This document shows, piece after piece, positions 39,601 through 52,137 of a DNA stretch of 64,000 bases. How positions within the stretch are numbered: the stretch's first letter is position 1; the number at the start of each line of letters is the position of its first letter. Under the pieces are notes generated by a model. The model made no database searches. It saw only the letters and a program-made list of their open reading frames with translations, and had not been told where the DNA came from. The DNA lies in assembly GCF_006345805.1 (NCBI RefSeq), contig NC_042997.1:3844001-3908000 (forward strand), in the 5' to 3' direction. The stretch comes from Octopus sinensis. Its lineage: Eukaryota. A program made the translations under genes and the position numbers.

Positions 39601-40434
39601 GAATTTCTTGTTGTAGCTTCGCAAATTAGGTAAATTCGGTGTTGGTCTCCCGCGATTTATAATTAATTTTTTCCCATCGAAGTCCCTTTTAGAAAAACTA
39701 GTTCTCAAAATATCGTTTATAGCACACATTTCACTCATTTTGAAAAAGGCTGCTCTTATTTAAGGACCCACATTGAAGCGCCGGCGTAAATTTTAAGTCA
39801 ATTTCAACAAAACGGAAAAATACCCTTTGTTAAATTAATTTAAGATTAATTAGCTATTTCTGAAATAAGAAATATAATGTAGATATTTTTGCTTTCAAAA
39901 CTTTCTAAAAATATGATAGTGCAAACGGATGTTTTGGATAAAAAATTTCAAACTTACATGCGAAGGCTATTCCAACATTTCAGCTGGCTAAAACAAGAAT
40001 TATGGGACGGCTCTTGTTCCGGTCAAAATAGCCAGAGGCGTGATATGCGATCTAAGCACAGCATGACACGCCAAACTGAATTTGTCGAATCGCTGAGAGA
40101 GAAGGGGGTGACCATTCCTCGTAGTATATCTTTTAAACAAAGTGGGAGAAGGGACAAACTATCAAAGACAGAGAGAAGGGACTCATGCTGTCTTCCCAAC
40201 GCATGACAAGCGATAAATTTATCGAGTCACTAAGATAGAGAGAGAGAGAGAGAGGAAGGAAGGACAAACTAATACAGACAGAGAGGGAGTGTGTATCATG
40301 CGATCTTCTAAAAGCATTTATCAAAGCAGATGTACGAAGTGGAGACAATATTTCTAAAATAACTGGACGTATTTTCTTTGAAACAAGGAAGGCATGCAGC
40401 GCATACCTTGCATTGCTGAGAGTGCACGCCCCTG
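36664..40434 (-). mobile_element. Full-length hAT DNA transposon (ZMYM1/Tip100-like transposase), 3771 bp
   Basis: TIRs cagtggcgtgc / gcacgcccctg (10/11 match); 8-bp TSD atacactg (36656-36663) / atacattg (40435-40442); internal transposase. Confidence 0.93.
37618..39738 (-). pseudogene. hAT transposase, frameshifted
   Basis: TTF-type Zn finger (WL...LFCWPCLLF...HERSQRH), DUF4371-like LSFRGH..NRGNYKEL, ILVDETSDVS, YDGAATM, IHCCAHILNL, TRW, dimerisation domain IPSTTASVERSFSALSRIKTY; frameshifts near 38820, 38185 and 38045. Confidence 0.93.
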
Positions 40435-40642
40435 ATACATTGATATACTCACACAGCAAAATAAACAGACGCACGCACACATACACACATGCACACACAG
40501 TTCACTTAGAGTTACCTTACTTCCATACGATCCGTCAGAGCATCCCACACATGAAATATCGTTTCTGCACGTAAATATATCGAATGATCTGCTAATGCTT
40601 TCAATATTTAACTGTAAAATCTATTTCTTATACATGCATACA

Positions 40643-40699
<57 letters not shown>

Positions 40700-40774
40700 G
40701 ATATAATACATAAATACACTCACACATACCCATACACACACACAAACACACACATATATATATATATACATAGA

Positions 40775-40918
40775 CATGCCAGTATGATCAAAACTTGCTT
40801 CCCAACCACATGGTTCTTGGTTCAGTCCAACAGCATGGCACCTAGGGCAAGTGAATAGCCTCGGCCACCCACCAAGACCTTGTGAGTAGACGGAAGCTTA
40901 AAGAAGACCGTCGTAAAT

Positions 40919-40950
<32 letters not shown>

Positions 40951-40995
40951 ATTATATATATATTATATATAATAATATAATATATATTATATTAT

Positions 40996-41026
<31 letters not shown>

Positions 41027-41274
41027 GTATATGTATCTATGTATGTATGTATGTGTGTGTGTGTGTGTATTTGCGCCCCATCTGTCATTGTTTGACAACA
41101 TATTCTGGTGTGTTGATATCCCCATAACTTAGCGGTTCGGGAAAAGAACCTATGGAATATGTACATGGCTTCAAAGACATAAGTCTTGGAGTCGATATCT
41201 TCGAGTAAATCTTTGAGATGGTATTCCAGAATGGCCAAAGTCAAATGACTGAAACAAGTAAAAGAATAAAAGAA
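40775..41274 (+). mobile_element. SINE family B with expanded internal (TA)n
   Basis: cttgcttcccaaccacatggttc...ggttcagtcc head; gtcaaatgactgaaacaagtaaaagaataaaag tail. Confidence 0.8.
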
Positions 41275-41399
41275 TGTGCGTGCGTGTGTGTATGTATTTC
41301 TGTGTGTGTGTATATATATATAGAGAGAGATGTGGGGCGAGAGAGGGGGGATAGAGAGAGGGGGCGAGAGAGAGAGGTTATGTGAGGTAATGGTGTCAG

Positions 41400-42791
41400 T
41401 GAGACCCAAATGTGTCAGGTAATGCTCAATAAGTGCTATGGATAGACCACAGGTGCGGTTTTTATGCAAATAAGGAGTTCCACTTAGGTTATATATCAGC
41501 GTGTGTATATAAAAACAATCTTTTCGCAATGAGAAAAAATTACCAGGCCGTGTATATTTAATAACATTTATAAATAGAAGGTTTTACAGCTGTTTCTAGG
41601 ATATTATTATATCCCTTCATCGGAGACGGTGTGAGAGGATGGTTAAGTAATAGTTAATTTCGATAAGATCCGAAATAGAGAGTTAGGTGGAAGAATGAAA
41701 ATAGATGTGAGATATTTTGTTTATTTGTAGATCCATTATTTAGTTAAAATTGTATACATATAAGATTCCAATATCTTATGAGTAAAATCCAATAGTATTC
41801 AAAATTGGTCATTCCAAGTATAAAGTTTATACACAATGTTATTGAATGAAGGTTTTTATTTAATGTGACCTAAAAGTAGGGAATATATTAGTAAAGTATA
41901 ATCGAAAACAGGAAGAGAGGAACAAAGAAAGAGAAAAAAGAGGAAAAGAGAGAAATGGAAGAGAAGAAAATAAAAAGAAAAAATAATAAAAAAATAAAAT
42001 GAAGAAAAGAGAGGAAGAGAGAAATAAAGAAAATGAAGAAAAAAGAAAAAGGAAAAAGAAGGAAGTGATAGCAAGGGAAAATGTAACAGTTAGTGGTCAG
42101 TCAAGATTATTTGAAAGTAGGAATGGGGAGATAAGGGTGACAGAGAAAGAAAGCCATTAGTGTGCAAAAGGATGGAAGGAAATATATATGTGTGTAAAAC
42201 AAATATATATTTTCAGCTACCACTAAGCACTGAACAGTCCAACTACCCAAATTCCTAAATTCTTCATTCCATACGACTAGCCCTCTCTCTGCCCCGCCAC
42301 TTAGACTCTACCTCTGCACAATTGTCACTCCTTTACTTATTATACCCCTGTCTCTATCACCCCCATTCCTTCTATCTTTTTACTCACTAATACATTTCTC
42401 TCTCTTTCACCCTTATCTCCCCATTCCTACTTTCAAATTATCTTGACTGACCACTAAATGGTACACTTTCCCTTACTATCACTTCCTTGTTTTTCCTTTT
42501 TGTTTCTTTTCTTTATTCCTCTCTTCCTGATTTTTCTTCATTTTTATCTTTTTATTATTTTTTTATTTTATTATTTTCTTCTCTTTTTTCTCTCTTTTAA
42601 CACTTTTTTCTCTTTCTTTATTCCTCCCTTCCTGTTTTCGATTTGACCTTACTAATACATTCCCTAATTTTGGGTCACTTTAAATAAAACCTTGCATTCA
42701 ATAACACTGTGTATAAACTTTATACTTGGAATGACCAATTTTAAATACTATTAGATTTTTCTCATAAGATATTGGAATCTTATTTGTATAC
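41400..42791. mobile_element. PLE-type 3' region (minus) plus ~430-bp inverted partial copy
   Basis: 41751-42181 and 42365-42791 are diverged inverted repeats; 41400-41760 is homologous to 22300-22650. Confidence 0.75.
41581..41627 (-). ncRNA. Minimal type I hammerhead-like motif (U4>C core variant)
   Basis: Minus strand GTCT-CCGATGA-A-GGGATAT AATAAT ATCCTA-GAAAC-AGCT-GTA-AAAC; palindromic ACAGCTGT stem III. Confidence 0.6.
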
Positions 42792-42829
42792 CATGGACAT
42801 ATATAAGTATATAAGGAAAGAAGAAATCT

Positions 42830-43025
42830 GGAAGGCACCTAAGAACCTGTAAATTCTACCTGCGGGGCAAATGATGGCATGGTGAGAACTGCAAAAACTG
42901 CCGGTTCGCCCACCCGACACTCCGCCAGAACTTCAGGGGACTCAAAGAGAAAAGCTTTACCGAAAGAACACAAAAAAATGTCTCCCAGGAAAACTTTCAA
43001 AAACGAAGTGCGCTCCTCAGATGTT
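42830..43025 (+). mobile_element. CCCH zinc-finger fragment, probably CR1-like LINE ORF1
   Basis: CKFYLRGK*WHGENCKNCRFAHP; abuts an opposite-strand CR1 RT fragment. Confidence 0.5.
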
Positions 43026-43029
43026 CTGC

Positions 43030-43465
43030 GCAACGCAGCAGCTGACTCCTATCTTTCAGGAAGTCATGTAACCACACTCCAAGTTTTCCAGCTATGCCGA
43101 GGTCACGCAGTTTGTGGCATATGATACCATGATCCACCTTGCCAAAAGCTTTTGCAAAATCAAGGTAGATTACGTCCACATTTGATTTGTTGAGTAACTG
43201 CCTAAAACACCCAGTCATAATGTTGTAAGAGCTGGGTCAGGCAGCTCCTACCTGGTCGAAAACCATGCTGGGTATCACTCAGCAAGTTATTTTTCTCAAG
43301 GAATACGATTAGTTTCTTTCAGACTATACGTTCCATGACTATGCTGATGTGTGAGGTCAGAGAGATAGGGCTATAGTTTTTGGCATCTGCTCCCCCTTTA
43401 TGTATTGGGCATATTATTCCCTCCTTCAGCTTGCTTGGCAGTTTGCCATTCGCAAGAAAGCTCTT
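43030..43465 (-). mobile_element. CR1-like LINE RT fragment
   Basis: PIHKGG..AKNYSPISLTSH...QHGFRPGRSCLTQLL...VDVIYLDFAKAFGKVDHGII.HKL...GKLGVWLHDFLKDRSQ. Confidence 0.9.
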
Positions 43466-43624
43466 GCATATATATATGCATATATATTTGTGTGTGCGTG
43501 TGTGCGTCTGTGTATACAGAATGCGTAAGATATTTGACGACAGATTTATGTTTATAGAAACCCAGATATATTATAAGGGATAATTTTATTTCTCAAAAAT
43601 GCTATGTGGATAAAAATAAACATT

Positions 43625-44270
43625 TTCTATAATGTTATTCAATAAAGGCACCTTCAGCTTCGACAACTGATTCTATGTGAGGTCTGAATCACCTACATGC
43701 TCGAATCAAGTGATCCAGATTTATTTTGGACATGTGTCTGATTATAGCCGCTTTATTAGAATCTTTGTTGTCATATGCGTGTTCATTGGCCTCTCTCTCA
43801 AAAAAGCGCCACATGTAATATTTCAATGGATTGAGATCTGGGGAATTAGGAGATGAAATGATAAGGGTTATGTGATTATGAAAACTAGAGCCATGTTTGA
43901 TAGTACAGAGCTGTACTAATACACATATTGCCTACACTCTCTATCCAGGGCTTAAAAATTATTTCCATGAATTAAATCTAAGGCCTTCTGGAATGAAGTA
44001 AGGAGGCATCACTTGTCCTTCATTGCTAACAACCGCTAAAACCATGACAGTTGCAGAAAAAATTGAATGCATAGCACTTGCAAAGTCAAAAGTGTCTGCA
44101 CATAACCATATGTCCTGCCTTCTGTTAACTTTTGATCTTGGTCGAAGTTATTCTCGCTTGAGTAAAGCCAAATCAAATTTTCTTCTGCGGGATATTTCCC
44201 AGTTTGTTTAAGAGCATTTTAGAACTGAGGTAGTGATGTTCTTTTACTTCTTTTGACAAATAACCGTTTT
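43625..44270 (-). mobile_element. Tc1/mariner (maT-like) transposase remnant
   Basis: PNSPDLNPLKYYMW...KAAI...LIRAC..FRPHIESVVEAEGAFIE*. Confidence 0.8.
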
Positions 44271-44279
44271 GCTACGTAG

Positions 44280-44462
44280 TTATTACTGGGAGCCTCCTCT
44301 AATGTGTGGCATTTGGTGAATAAGGGAGTTTGATGTCGTTACCCCCATTTGCACTTGTTGCCACGAGGTAGGTTCTTCTGGGACTCTCGACAGGAAGATG
44401 TCCAGATATGATTTGAAAACACCTACATCCACTGTGTGAAGGTCCCTCATGCACTTTGGTGG

Positions 44463-44468
<6 letters not shown>
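44280..44468 (-). mobile_element. CR1-like LINE extreme 3' end
   Basis: NIPPKCMRDLHTVDVGVFKSYLDIFLSRVPEEPT...TSNSLIHQ. Confidence 0.7.
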
Positions 44469-44505
<37 letters not shown>

Positions 44506-44506
44506 C

Positions 44507-44694
44507 AGTTACTCTTTTACTTGTTTCAGTCATTTGACCACCTTTTAGACGAGCAAATCGACCCCGGGACTTATACTTTGTAAGCCCAGTACTTATTCTA
44601 TCAGTCTCTCTTGCCGAACCGCTAAGTGACGGGGACGTAAAAACACTAGCATCGGTTGTCAAGCAATGTTAGGGGGACAAACACAGACACACAA

Positions 44695-44705
<11 letters not shown>
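44507..44705 (-). mobile_element. SINE family B, 3' half
   Basis: Reverse complement of the 16020-16230 / 49520-49712 tail. Confidence 0.8.
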
Positions 44706-44725
<20 letters not shown>

Positions 44726-44727
44726 AA

Positions 44728-45019
44728 ATAAGGGTGATACAATTGGATATTAATTTAATAACATCAATTTCACACCAAGTGGTTTAGCGCATAAAAACTG
44801 GGATACAGTAAAAATTAATACACAAATATAAGAGAGGGTCCACTATGTGGACGCTCTTGCGCTCATAGATCCGCAATGGTCTCAACCACCAAGAATTGTA
44901 CCCAAGGAGAATTAGCACAACTATGAACGTGGGAACAATTATTGGTGGTTGAGACCATTGCGGATCTATTTTTAGCGCAAGAGCGTTCACATAGTGGACC
45001 CTCCTTTATATTTGTGTAT
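44728..45019. mobile_element. Fold-back element (~87-bp inverted arms) inserted in (TA)n
   Basis: 44818-44904 vs 44930-45019 inverted; asymmetric left extension; same architecture as the PLE-type insertions but no recognisable hammerhead core. Confidence 0.65.
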
Positions 45020-45084
45020 ATATATATATATATGTGTGTGTTTTTTTTGTGTGTGTGTGTGTGTATGTGTATGTGCGTGTGTGT

Positions 45085-45592
45085 GGAGGCGCAATGGCCC
45101 AGTGGTTAGGTCACCGGACTCGCGGACTTAGGATCGTATTTTCGATTCCCAGACCGGGCATTGTGAGTGTTTATTGAGCGAAAACACCTAAAGCTCCATG
45201 AGACTTCGGCAGGGAGGGGGTGAACCATGCTGTACTCTTTCACTACAACTTTCTCTCACTCTTTCTTTCGGTTTCTGTTGTATCTGTATTTCAAAGGGCC
45301 AGTCTTGTCACACTCTGTGTCACGCATAATCTCCCTGAGAACTACGTTAAGGATACGCGTGTCTGTGGAGTGCTCAGCAACTTGCACGTTAATAAATGAG
45401 CTGCGACGTCACTGGTGCCAAGCTGTATCGGCCTTTGTCTTTCCCTTGGATAATATCAGTGGCGTGGAGAGGGGTGGCTTGTATGCATGGGTTAATGCTG
45501 GTCTTGCATAAACAACCTTGACAGATGTGTGCCTTGAAGGCGAACATTATAGGTGCAATCCCATGGTCATTCGTGACCGAAGGCGGTCACAA
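45085..45592 (+). mobile_element. tRNA-derived SINE (composite, families C/D)
   Basis: ggaggcgcaatggcccagtggttagg head; middle tgtatttcaaaggg...gagaactacgttaagg shared with 26738; tail shared with 49740 (minus). Confidence 0.8.
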
Positions 45593-45597
45593 CAATA

Positions 45598-45705
<108 letters not shown>

Positions 45706-46174
45706 AGTGTATATGTATATATATTTATAATACATGTTTGCCACACAAATAAGTAAGTTGTGAATTTATACCATGTCATTTAATAGTGTAGTGCGAGATT
45801 GCTTTGTATTTTAAGTTGTACACATATTTTGAAAGTGTGTGCCCTACTTAAGTCATCGGGTATTAATAAACATGTATGATCATTATACATTTCTTTGACA
45901 GAGTCCTGATTAAGGTATACATGGCACTTTGTGTCATTCTGGTTAACATAGGTTGAAGCGTTAGCACAGTAAATGATATATCTGAGGAAAGTTGTATATA
46001 CAGCTGCCGAGTATCATAGGTTAACTATAATGAAGTGACGACAATGCTGTGGAATCTTGAGTACATTAATTTCAACACGTCTTATTAATAACTACATTGC
46101 TTATATCCAAGGAACCTGATAGCTGATTTCTCAAATAGGAAATCAAATGTAACTAGTAGCGACATTTCTTGACA

Positions 46175-47110
46175 ATGGAACAAAATTTGGTATCGTATCC
46201 TTCTAAAGTTTATAGACAAAAAATTTAGCCCAGAATGACGTTCATGCCGATATGTCTGTTACAATAGGGATTGATGTTCAAAGTTTATCAACAGTGCAAA
46301 TGTAGGAAACTGAACTGCGGAGGGCAAATGAAAGTCTTCAAGATGAACCATGTTCTGAACATTCTGCATCTGCCACCTCCGAGGAAAACATTGGTCGCGT
46401 TCACCACATGGTGATATATGAGATGCAATTAACTGTAAATAAAAGGGTAAATGCTATTAAGCTATCCCTCGAGAGCTTTGACAATATCATGTACATTTAT
46501 GACGAAGAGGCTATTTTCGGTGAGTGGCACTCATCTTATACCTGGTCAAATGGGAACAGACTGATAATATCACGGAGAAATATGACATTGTTTGAAGTTG
46601 ATCCAGTTGGTTTCCTTCAACGCTTCCCAACCAAGGATAAGATTTGATTACATCACCTTGATGCGAGACAAAGAGATAATCCGGTCTATCTAATGGAAAC
46701 ACCACACCTTACCTACACCAAAGAAGGCCAAGATCATCTCTTATGCAGATACAAAAGTCATTGAGTATACTGAATATCTTCAAATGTTTATCACCCCTTG
46801 ATTCTGAACGGAGGTTAGTATGCTATGTTGCTGAGACTATTACGAATGTCTTTCAATACCAAATGGTCAGGAAAAGCAAAAAATGTTGTCAAGTTTCATC
46901 GGAAAAATACTCCAGCACAAAAGTCCTTGGCTTCAGTGACTGTTATGCGTATTTTTAGCTTTTAACTTGTTGACTGCTCTCCCTATTCTCCAAAGCTGGC
47001 AGCATCGGCCAGTGGTCTGTTAGACAACGTTAAATAAACTCTCGTTATCTCTTTCATAACGATGTATTATCTAACGTTGATAACGTTTTAACCAACAGGA
47101 TGAAAGATGC
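46175..47110 (+). mobile_element. Degraded mariner transposase
   Basis: DVHADM...LSTVQ...LQDEPCS...SEENIGRVHHMV...SRRNMTLFEVDPVGFLQRF...PKKAK...PYSPKLAAS. Confidence 0.85.
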
Positions 47111-48157
47111 TTCAAGAAATAAACTGATTTGGAAACATTCGATATCTTGTTCTGTTCATGAACGTCTCAATCGACTCTTGTCTGCGTATAATACCTACAT
47201 CAATGTATTTATGTGTAATATTTTCTCTCTTGTACTCACAATCCTAGGAACGTGTTTGCGAATGCCGGACGACGGGGAAATGAGTTATTCATAGAGAATT
47301 AAAGAATAATGGAAAACACTTTTGTCACTACGCACTGTTATGTCAAGTCAGTACAAAACGATTTAAAATCTATTTAATTTTGCCTCTCTTATACCATATC
47401 AGATTTCCGTACTTAATATCTTGTGTTTATGTAAATAGTTGTACACACACACACATACCGAAATACAAATTGCCATCGCGCGAGTGCACACACACACACC
47501 ACACACACACACACAAACACACTCACAGAAATACAAATATACACACATACGCAAACACATACACACATAAAGAAGCATGTGCGTGTGAATGAGTGTGTAA
47601 GAATGAACGTTAACACACCATACACACTGATGCACAAATGCATAAATCAGTTCATATACGTATATACGTGTGTGTGTGTATGTGTCTGTCTACATGTGTG
47701 TATGCATGCGTTTGTTTATATATATATGTTTTTGTTTTATAACTTACCAAATACTCGTACACAACACATGGCTCGTTAAAATAACTATTTTTCTTAATTA
47801 TTTTATCCCATCTACTCCAAAACACTTCGCCATGCTCTAAAATAATATCCATTTGTTGTTCTAACTTAATTACTAGGTGCATATATTAATTTTGCACTTT
47901 TCTCAATTGATACTGAAGTATTTGATTCGTTATTAAATTTTTGTAATATTTCGATCTGTTTAACGACACCCTTAAATATTTCAATAATATTCTTAAAACG
48001 TATCTTTATATACATTTATCATTTATATGAAACTGTATCAAAAGTTTTACTGAGTTTGTAAACCTACGTATGAAAAACTCACATACTTAAATGTGTCAAT
48101 CAATCATATACAATTTCCATATTTTTGTTGAGCCGTAATATAATAGTTATACTTAAG

Positions 48158-48340
48158 CCGGAGAGCTAGCTGAATCGTTAGCATTTCGTCCATCGCTACG
48201 TTTTGAGTTCAAATGCCACCGATGTCGACTTTGTCTTTCATCAATGCGGGGTCAATAAGCATTAATGGAGTACTGGATTCAATGCTTTCGACTACTCCCC
48301 ACTTCCGCAATTACTGACCTTGTGCCAAAATTTAAAATCG
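48158..48340 (+). mobile_element. SINE family A (degraded)
   Basis: gagctagctgaatcgttagc...gagttcaaatgccaccgatgtcgactttgtctttcatc. Confidence 0.7.
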
Positions 48341-49295
48341 ATGTGACGATAATACTTTTTTGAAACCATCCCACAATATTTGCTATAATATTGTTGTAAA
48401 TCATACAAACTCTAATATTTTTTTTCTTTATATAAATTCTTTGTCAATACGTATTTGTCGTTAAGGAACTTTGTTATTCAATTTCAAATTTATGAAAATG
48501 AATACGTCTAGTAAATCTTAATTTATAATTGCTTGCCTAATATTAAGTTCGGATATAACGAGTAACAGTTATATTTCGTAAACTTAGCTGTGGGTATATG
48601 ATAATCTTTTATAATAATTTCAGTGAGAGAATCACCTTATTTAGAGTTAAGTGGTTAGAAGTTTTTCCCATAGGAAATAGACACCTAGTTATTTTTCTTG
48701 TTTTTCAATTAATTATTTCAAAAAAGCTTGTAGGTCCTTGAATTGTTACAAGTTCACCATTCCTATCTCTTCCCGTACCTGTTCACTCAGCTCCACTTTC
48801 TTCTTTGTGTAACTGTTTTATATCTTCCTTGTTTCAACACTTCCCATACACCAATCTAGCTGCCTACTTCCTCTCTGCACTCACTACTGCTTGCTTTCCT
48901 CTTCGCTCACTCTGACTTTAAATTTTCCCGTATATAATTTGAAATGTTAGATATTTATCTCTCCACACGGTGAAAAATGGCGTGATCTCCTCTATGATTA
49001 TATGCTTCCACTTCTCGAAAGATATAAATATTGGGTAGATCATATTTTTGTGAACTAAATCGGCCAGTATTATGAATTAATTCTAAAACCCAGTAACAAT
49101 TATAGGACTTGTTACACCATACAGCCTCACCTTTAATTTTCTGTATCCTTCAACTCTTTGTCAGTTTACTTTGTCGATAAATCAATAAATAAATATCTAT
49201 ATTCATCGTTGTATGTATATTGTATATATCAAACCCAAGATGTTTTACTTGTTTATTTGTGCCATTTTCTCTCACTCTCTCTGTCTTTAAATATG

Positions 49296-49381
<86 letters not shown>

Positions 49382-49408
49382 AATATGTATGTATATATAC
49401 ATACATAA

Positions 49409-49440
<32 letters not shown>

Positions 49441-49451
49441 TTATATATTAG

Positions 49452-49713
49452 GCGGAAACTGAGAGAAGCCTGTCGTATATATGTATATATATATATATAT
49501 ATATGTATGCGTGTGTGTTTGTGTGTCTGTGTTTGTCCCCCTAGCATTGCTTGACAACCAATGCTGGTGTGTTTACGTCCCCGTCACTTAGCGTTTCGGC
49601 AAAAGAGACCGATAGAATAAGTAGAATAAGTCCCGGGGTCGATTTGTTCGACTAAAGGCGGTGCTCCAGCATGGCCGCAGTCAAATGACTGAAACAAGTA
49701 AAAGAAGAAGAAG
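49452..49713 (+). mobile_element. SINE family B, 3' part
   Basis: ggaaactgagagaagcctgtcg [microsatellite] ...ggcggtgctccagcatggccgcagtcaaatgactgaaacaagtaaaag. Confidence 0.85.
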
Positions 49714-49739
49714 AATATATATATATATATAAATACTTT

Positions 49740-49985
49740 ACTCCGTCGGAGATGAATGACCATGTGTGAACCTAAGAGATTCCCTTCGAGGGTACAAGTC
49801 TGAGCGGAAAGTTGCCTTACCGGCAAACGCACAACCTAGGGTTGTTTTTTTTTATGAATAACTGCAGTAGTCCATGCATTCCGGCTTCCCTTCTCCACAC
49901 CAAGAAGACAAAACGCAACTCGGTCAGGGAATTGAATTCACAAACTCACGATCGTAATCTCGACACTGAACCAGGAACAATCACA
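49740..49985 (-). mobile_element. Short tRNA-headed SINE sharing its tail with the 45085 copy
   Basis: Minus strand tggttcagtgtc...gatcgtgagtttgtgaattcaattccc head; catggtcattc tail. Confidence 0.6.
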
Positions 49986-51058
49986 CACACACAAACTTAC
50001 CCCCCCTCACACACACTCACATATATGTATATGCACACATACATATTAACAAAGCCTCTGTAATTTGCAAAATGTATCCAAAGCTTTTATCTCAATAACA
50101 ATTAATATTCATGAAATAATTCGTATTTTAAGAGCTGCATACTCTTGTTTCTTAACTTTAAACGTGTTGTATATATCATGGTTCACATCATTCGGTTTTA
50201 CAAACAACATAGTCTCCCATATTATTCTGATGCATGTCACATATGTTCTATCCGTTTTATATAGCAAATATCTAGTTTTCACGTCACATGATAATTGTCA
50301 ATTTACTCTGAAAGTCAGCAACGTTCTATAAATATTTAACAGTTTCAGGTACATTTCAAACAGTTATATGGATAAAAAGAAACAATTATTTATACTAATA
50401 CAGGTGCATGTCCAACATTGTTCCGAGCTGAGGGATCGCAGTTTGCATCTATCCCAGTATGTGATTAGGAATAAAATTTACCGAGAACACAAGACGAAAC
50501 ACGATGTAGACAACTGTGGAATTTGAACACAGACTGGTATAGAATATATCCGAGCAACTGACAATTCCGGTAATCGGTAACTCTGACAGAAATTTTCATT
50601 TGTTTTCTTAAACTCATCCCGTTTATCCACAAATTATACTAAATCTATCATTTAATTAGTAATACAACAGGGAATTTGTGGGCACATTTCGCACGTCTCA
50701 TGACATGTATACGAGCTCGGGCATCCAAAAAGACGCCCACTCACACACAGACGAAGTAAATTCTAAAGACTGTACACACACAGGTCAAATTTGATTTATG
50801 ATAGTTAAATGTAAAATTATAATTAGTATTCTGCTACGATTTCCAAATTAGTGAAAGCTGAGTTACCCATCTGTTCAATATTCATTTGAAGTATTTAGTC
50901 ATTTAACTTAATATAACTCAATCCTGACTATGACAAATTTTATCCATTTCTGAATGCTTTCTGTAGTAAACAGCTGTCTTTGTCTTAGGACAATATATAA
51001 CTTAGATCAGGAGACTGGAATATAACCAAGTCTATATAAATGTCTGTGTATATATCTA

Positions 51059-51125
<67 letters not shown>

Positions 51126-51152
51126 ATATCAATCTATTTATATCTATATCTA

Positions 51153-51223
<71 letters not shown>

Positions 51224-51367
51224 AATATGTATATATAATGTTGGAGTGAATCGAACGGCTTTTGTGTGTTTCTTAAATGGCTTATAAACACCTTCCACGC
51301 TGCAATGGTTTTCGTTTCAGCACACGATCTCAGATCAAATTACTTGCTATGCGAGTACATCTCCGTA

Positions 51368-51413
<46 letters not shown>

Positions 51414-51738
51414 CAATCTTACTTAGAAATGGATGCGTGCGTTCCGTCATATAATAAATTAATAAATATAACGTATGCATATATACATACATATATGTAC
51501 GTACCTACCTCTACATGTATATATACATGCATATCGTTTCTCATTGTGTTCGACGTTTTTGGGCGTCCTGTACCCATATATGCATGTATATATACACGTA
51601 GAGGTAGGTACGTACATATATGTATATATGCATATGTTTTATTTAGTAATTATTTTATATATATATATTATATATATATATATGCATATATATATGTGCG
51701 TATGTATATATATATATACATATGCATATATATATGTG

Positions 51739-51820
<82 letters not shown>

Positions 51821-52101
51821 TTGTATGTATGTATATATGTATATTATTGCTTTCGTACCAATACTGCTCCTCTAGTTACTTGAGGTTAAATGTATTGCCC
51901 TCTATAATGAAAACTACCATTAAAATTACCAGTTAATTTATGAGTTACTGAAACTGGCTCCAGCTTTAAATTTCATCTTTCGAAATATACTTGAAATCTA
52001 TCCCTTAAAAGTTTGTTCTCCCCATTCATATAAATCACGTTTTTGAAAAAGACATTTTTAATACTGAGATATTATTCAGTAACTAGCTATATTGAAATAT
52101 T

Positions 52102-52137
<36 letters not shown>

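Noticed and set aside
37618-39738. Domesticated ZMYM1-like host gene
   Set aside because: Frameshifted and enclosed by TIRs and a TSD, so a transposon copy
50404-50456. Possible micro-exon (ctaatacag|...cca|gtatgt; GACPTLFRAEGSQFASIP)
   Set aside because: Splice-like signals alone are insufficient; no recognisable protein or partner exons
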